Below, piece after piece: positions 60,301 through 64,000 of a stretch of DNA of 64,000 nucleotides. Each line of letters starts with the position of its first letter. Position 1 is the first letter of the stretch. The translations under genes and the position numbers were made by a program. The notes under the pieces are model-generated. The model was not told the DNA's origin, ran no database searches, and worked only from the letters and a program-made list of their open reading frames with translations. This DNA comes from Octopus sinensis (taxonomy: Eukaryota), in contig NC_043014.1 in the NCBI RefSeq assembly GCF_006345805.1, forward strand, positions 15,872,001-15,936,000. The letters are read 5' to 3'.

Positions 60301-60970
60301 TATTGCTTTCAATTTTTGGCACAAGGCGAGCAATTGCGCAGGAGAGGCAAGTCGATTACATCGACTCCAGGGTTCAGCTGGTACTTATTATTTCAACCCC
60401 GAAAGGCAAAGTCGACCATGGCAGCATTTGAATGCAGAATGTCGAGTTGAAAGAAATACCGCAAAGCATTTTTTCTTGGTGCGGTAACGATTCTGCCAGC
60501 TTGCCGCCCTCCTCTCTCTGCAATATTGGAACTTCCACCGACTGCAATGCCCGACTCTTAGAGAGTTTTGAGCGACTTGCGATATTTTGAATGATAATTG
60601 TCTGATTTAGGTACAAGATCAGCCATTTAATAGAGGGCGAGGTTAGTCATTTACATCAGACTCAGATTGGTACTTTATTTTACTGACACCGGAGGAACGA
60701 AATATAAAATTGCCTTCGGCAGGATTTGAACTAAAGAACTAATAATAATGGTATTCTCAAGCTGAAGTTGGTACAGGAACTTTCTCTATAGATACACGAC
60801 TGATAACTGGATCAATTTTACATGCAACAACAATCGTTCGACAAAAATCTTCGACTCAACAATTCTCGGTGTTATGTATTCTCTTGGTTCGTGTTGGGAC
60901 GATAAACAACTCGTTGAAGGTGTTATTGTGATTCTACGTGTTTATTTACTTGGCATGTTTACAAACTGTA

Positions 60971-62229
60971 CGAGGGACGTTCAATAAGTAATGCCCCTGA
61001 CCTACTTGCAGTTGTTTGATGTAGCTGAAATTTTTCATGTGCAATTATTTATATCTCTATAGATTAAGTGGAAAATTACAGCTCTGAAATAATTGTGGTT
61101 TCTAATTTACAGGTGTTTGAACTGAGTCAAGTGTGAAATGGAGCCTGTTGAGTGTCGAGCAGTGATCCGGTTTTTGTATTTGAAAGGACGCACACCACGG
61201 GAGACTTTTGATGAAATGAAAGTAACTTATGGTGATGATGCCCCATCATATGACCTTGTAAAACGCTGGCATCGTGAATTCAAACATGGTCGGAACTCTG
61301 TGGAAACAGCTCCCAGATCTGGTCGCCCCACCTTCTGCCATTGATGAGGCATCTGTCCATCAAGTTGAGGCTGCCATTTTGGAAGATCGACGCATAACTA
61401 TTCGCCAAATAGCCCATGAGGTCAAGATTAGTACCGGGTCTGTAAAACTATCATTCATGACCATTTGCATATGCAAAAGGTGTCTGCCAGATGGATTCCC
61501 AGGTTGCTCACACCTTTCCAGAAGCAAGAACGCGTCGAGTGCTTGAGGATGAATTTGGAGATGTGCCAAGAAGATGAGTCAAAATTTTTCAAAAGACTGA
61601 TTACACAGGATGAAACCTGGGTCCAGAGACCAAAGCCCAGTCAATGCAGTGGAAGCACCGTGACTCACCTCCTCCAAAGAAGGCAAGGGTGCAGCCCTCC
61701 GCTGGTAAGGTCATGCTCACAGTCTTCTGGGACCAGGACGGAGTAGTGAGGACAGATTTCCTGGCAAAGGGTACCACAATTACAGGAGCCTATTATGCTT
61801 CAATTTTGAGGAAATTAAGAGAAGCTATCAAAATCAAGAGGCGGGGCAAGATCAGCAAAGGCATCCTCCTCCTGCAGGACAACGCTCCGGTCCATAACTC
61901 GCGTGTCGCCACATCAGAAGCACATGCGTGCGGCTATGAACTCCTCCCCAATCCCCACTACTCTCCTGACCTTGCACCCTCTGATTTTCACCTCTTCCCA
62001 GTCATGAAGTTGTTTTTGAAAGGAAAGCGTTTCCCAGATGATGCAGCCTTGATTTCTGAAGTCACGTCGTGGTTGGAGGACCAGGCTGGGGTCTTCTAGA
62101 AAAACGGTCTCCAGAGCTGCATCAAACGATGGGAGAAATGCGTAACTCTGGGTGGTTCCTATGTAGAAAAAGACTAATAACTGTGCTATTGGAAGTGAGT
62201 AAGGGGCATTACTTATTGAACGCCCCTCG
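60971..62229 (+). mobile_element. Full-length but disrupted mariner transposon (D,D34D; irritans-like)
   Basis: TA|CGAGGGACGTTCAATAAGTAATGCCCC ... GGGGCATTACTTATTGAACGCCCCTCG|TA (27-bp TIR, 1 mismatch). The transposase spans 61138 to ~62177 with WIPRLL, QDETW, QDNAP and YSPDLAPSD (34 residues between the last two Asp). It has three frameshifts and one stop. Confidence 0.96.
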
Positions 62230-62233
62230 TATA

Positions 62234-62382
62234 TGTAGAGCAGAGTGATACACACTGTGCGTATTCGCTTTATTCACAGTTCATATTGTTTACTAGATGC
62301 GCTTTACAAAATAGTACTAATAATGGAGATGTATTCATATATATGTACACCTATACATACACATAGATATGAACATATAACA
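62234..62382 (-). mobile_element. Putative short 3' LTR of the Gypsy element
   Basis: The minus strand starts TGTTAT after the purine run AAGAAAGAA, contains AATAAA, and ends ...CTCTACA. The second LTR would lie outside the window. Confidence 0.4.
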
Positions 62383-62539
62383 TTCTTTCTTGAAAAAAAG
62401 AACTTTTGGCAATGAAAAAAATAGAAGTAATCTCCCTTACACTAATGGATTGTCAGTGCGAGGGTGACAATCCTGCAACAGAAACTGAGATTATTCTGTC
62501 TACGCACGTGTTTTTCTGCTTCCTAATCTAGCAGAACTA

Positions 62540-64000
62540 GTTATTATTTACTTTTTTTTCCTTTAAAGGTATCGGTGGTAAAATATTTGGTCTCCATCTG
62601 GTGGATCTTATGCTCTGTACTGATGTCTGCGATGCGGATAATGTCGATGTGTTGTTGGGCTGCTGATTAGTGGTTGGTACCCGTTGGGGTGATGATTCTG
62701 TGGAAGTACGGATTCTATGTGTGCCGTGATCTGCTGTGGGTGTTGTAGTCCTTGTTGGTGTTGTAACTGATGCTGCAGGTGTTGCGCATGTTATCCTCAA
62801 TAGCTTTGGTGTTTGGGCCGATGTTGGCCATGTTTCGTCTCAGTTGCCTACCAGATTCAGTTTCTATAATATATGATCTTGGAGTTTCGGCTCTACTGAC
62901 GACTGGGATCCATGTGTTAGTTATCTGATTTTTAGTATGCACATGTTGTCCTCCAAGTATCTCAGGTAAGTATTGTGCATGTTTGTTGTAATATTTCTGT
63001 GCTTGTTCTTGAGTGGCTGCTAGCTTTGCCCTTGTCTCTTCCTGGTCAATAGGAGGTTGGATCTTTGTTGGCAGGGTGGGTTTGTATTTCTTGCCATTCA
63101 GCATTTCTGCTGGGGACTTCATGTCAGCCCTCAGTGGTGTTGCTCGTAGGGACAGAAGTGCCAGGTGTGGGTCTTCCTTAGTTTCTCGGCATTTGATTAA
63201 TGTTCTCTTGACTATCTGCACCTGTCTTTCTATGAATCCATGACCTTTGGAGATGAGGTTATAATGTTGAACCCATACTCATTGGCTAGATTTTTGAATT
63301 CCTGAGATGTGAACTGGGTTCCATTGTCACATATGATCTGCTCTGGTATTCCTTGCTCTGTTAGAAGTCCTCGAGCCACTGTAGTTATTGTTTTGGCTCT
63401 CAGGTCTTTCACTTTTCTCCCACATGGGAATTTTGAGTAGTAGCAGACCATAATCAAGTACCATTCTTGGTTCTCTGTTAACAGATCTACTCCAATAGCT
63501 TGCCATGGCCTTCTAGGGATATCATTGGATATCATTTCCTCCTTTTGTTGTGAGTTTCTGTACTTTTGACAGATGTGGCATGTAGAAACCATCTTTTCTG
63601 TCTTTGTACATGCCAACCCAATATACAGCTCACTTGGCTCGGAGTTTGCATTTTTCCATTCCCAGATGCCCTTGGTGGATCTTGTCATGAATCTCTTTTT
63701 TCATTGATTTGGGTATGATTATTTGGAATCCAGGATTCCGTTCTCTATTGATATGTCCATGGATGGCCCCAATATTCACGAATGCACCTGATGTCTCTTC
63801 TCTGGCCACCCCTGAATCACCATCTGAGTAAGGAGCTGGAGTTCTTCATCTCTGCTGGCCTCCTCTTTGATTTGTTCCAGCTTTGTATTTGTCCCATTTA
63901 CAATGTGGTGGACCTTTACACTGAGTCCTTCTATCTCCTGCTTATCATGTGATGATAGTCTGGAATGAGCATCCACCAATATCAGGTCCTTTCCTGGCTT
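62540..64000 (-). mobile_element. Ty3/Gypsy LTR retrotransposon pol relic (RNase H end plus integrase), truncated by the window edge
   Basis: KPGKDLILVDAHSR, LTQMVIQGWP, IHQGHLG, TCHICQKY, PWQAIGVDL, GIPEQIICDNGTQFTSQEF, LLSLRATPL, SPAEMLNG, TPRSYII. RNase H precedes integrase. Multiple frameshifts. Confidence 0.93.

Overview
AT-rich, repeat-dense animal genomic DNA. The SINE/RTE repertoire and large introns suggest a coleoid cephalopod, probably Octopus (inference). Two complete multi-exon genes were reconstructed by hand from splice sites and reading-frame phase, and the ORF track largely misses them. SSR1/TRAP-alpha lies on + (9 coding exons, 2251-30608, 305 aa). CTU2 lies on - (15 coding exons, 56964-31727, 446 aa). 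They converge tail-to-tail with 1118 bp between the stop codons. A probable third gene starts head-to-head with SSR1 (ATG at 2007 on -, with a peptide resembling a mitochondrial presequence) and would run off the left edge. Introns hold tRNA-derived SINEs, RTE LINE relics, piggyBac- and hAT-type MITEs, a decayed mariner and several long hairpins. From 57 to 64 kb there is a transposon cluster (RTE end, L1/Tx1-like relic, near-complete mariner, Ty3/Gypsy pol). The best leads are a hammerhead-ribozyme-like motif in a Penelope-type repeat inside a CTU2 intron, the hidden divergent gene, a perfect 96-bp foldback, a pre-miRNA-like hairpin, a 57-bp element duplicated in two neighbouring CTU2 introns, and a back-to-back bidirectional poly(A) signal. 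All alignments and counts were done by eye, and repeat boundaries are approximate unless TIR/TSD-defined.
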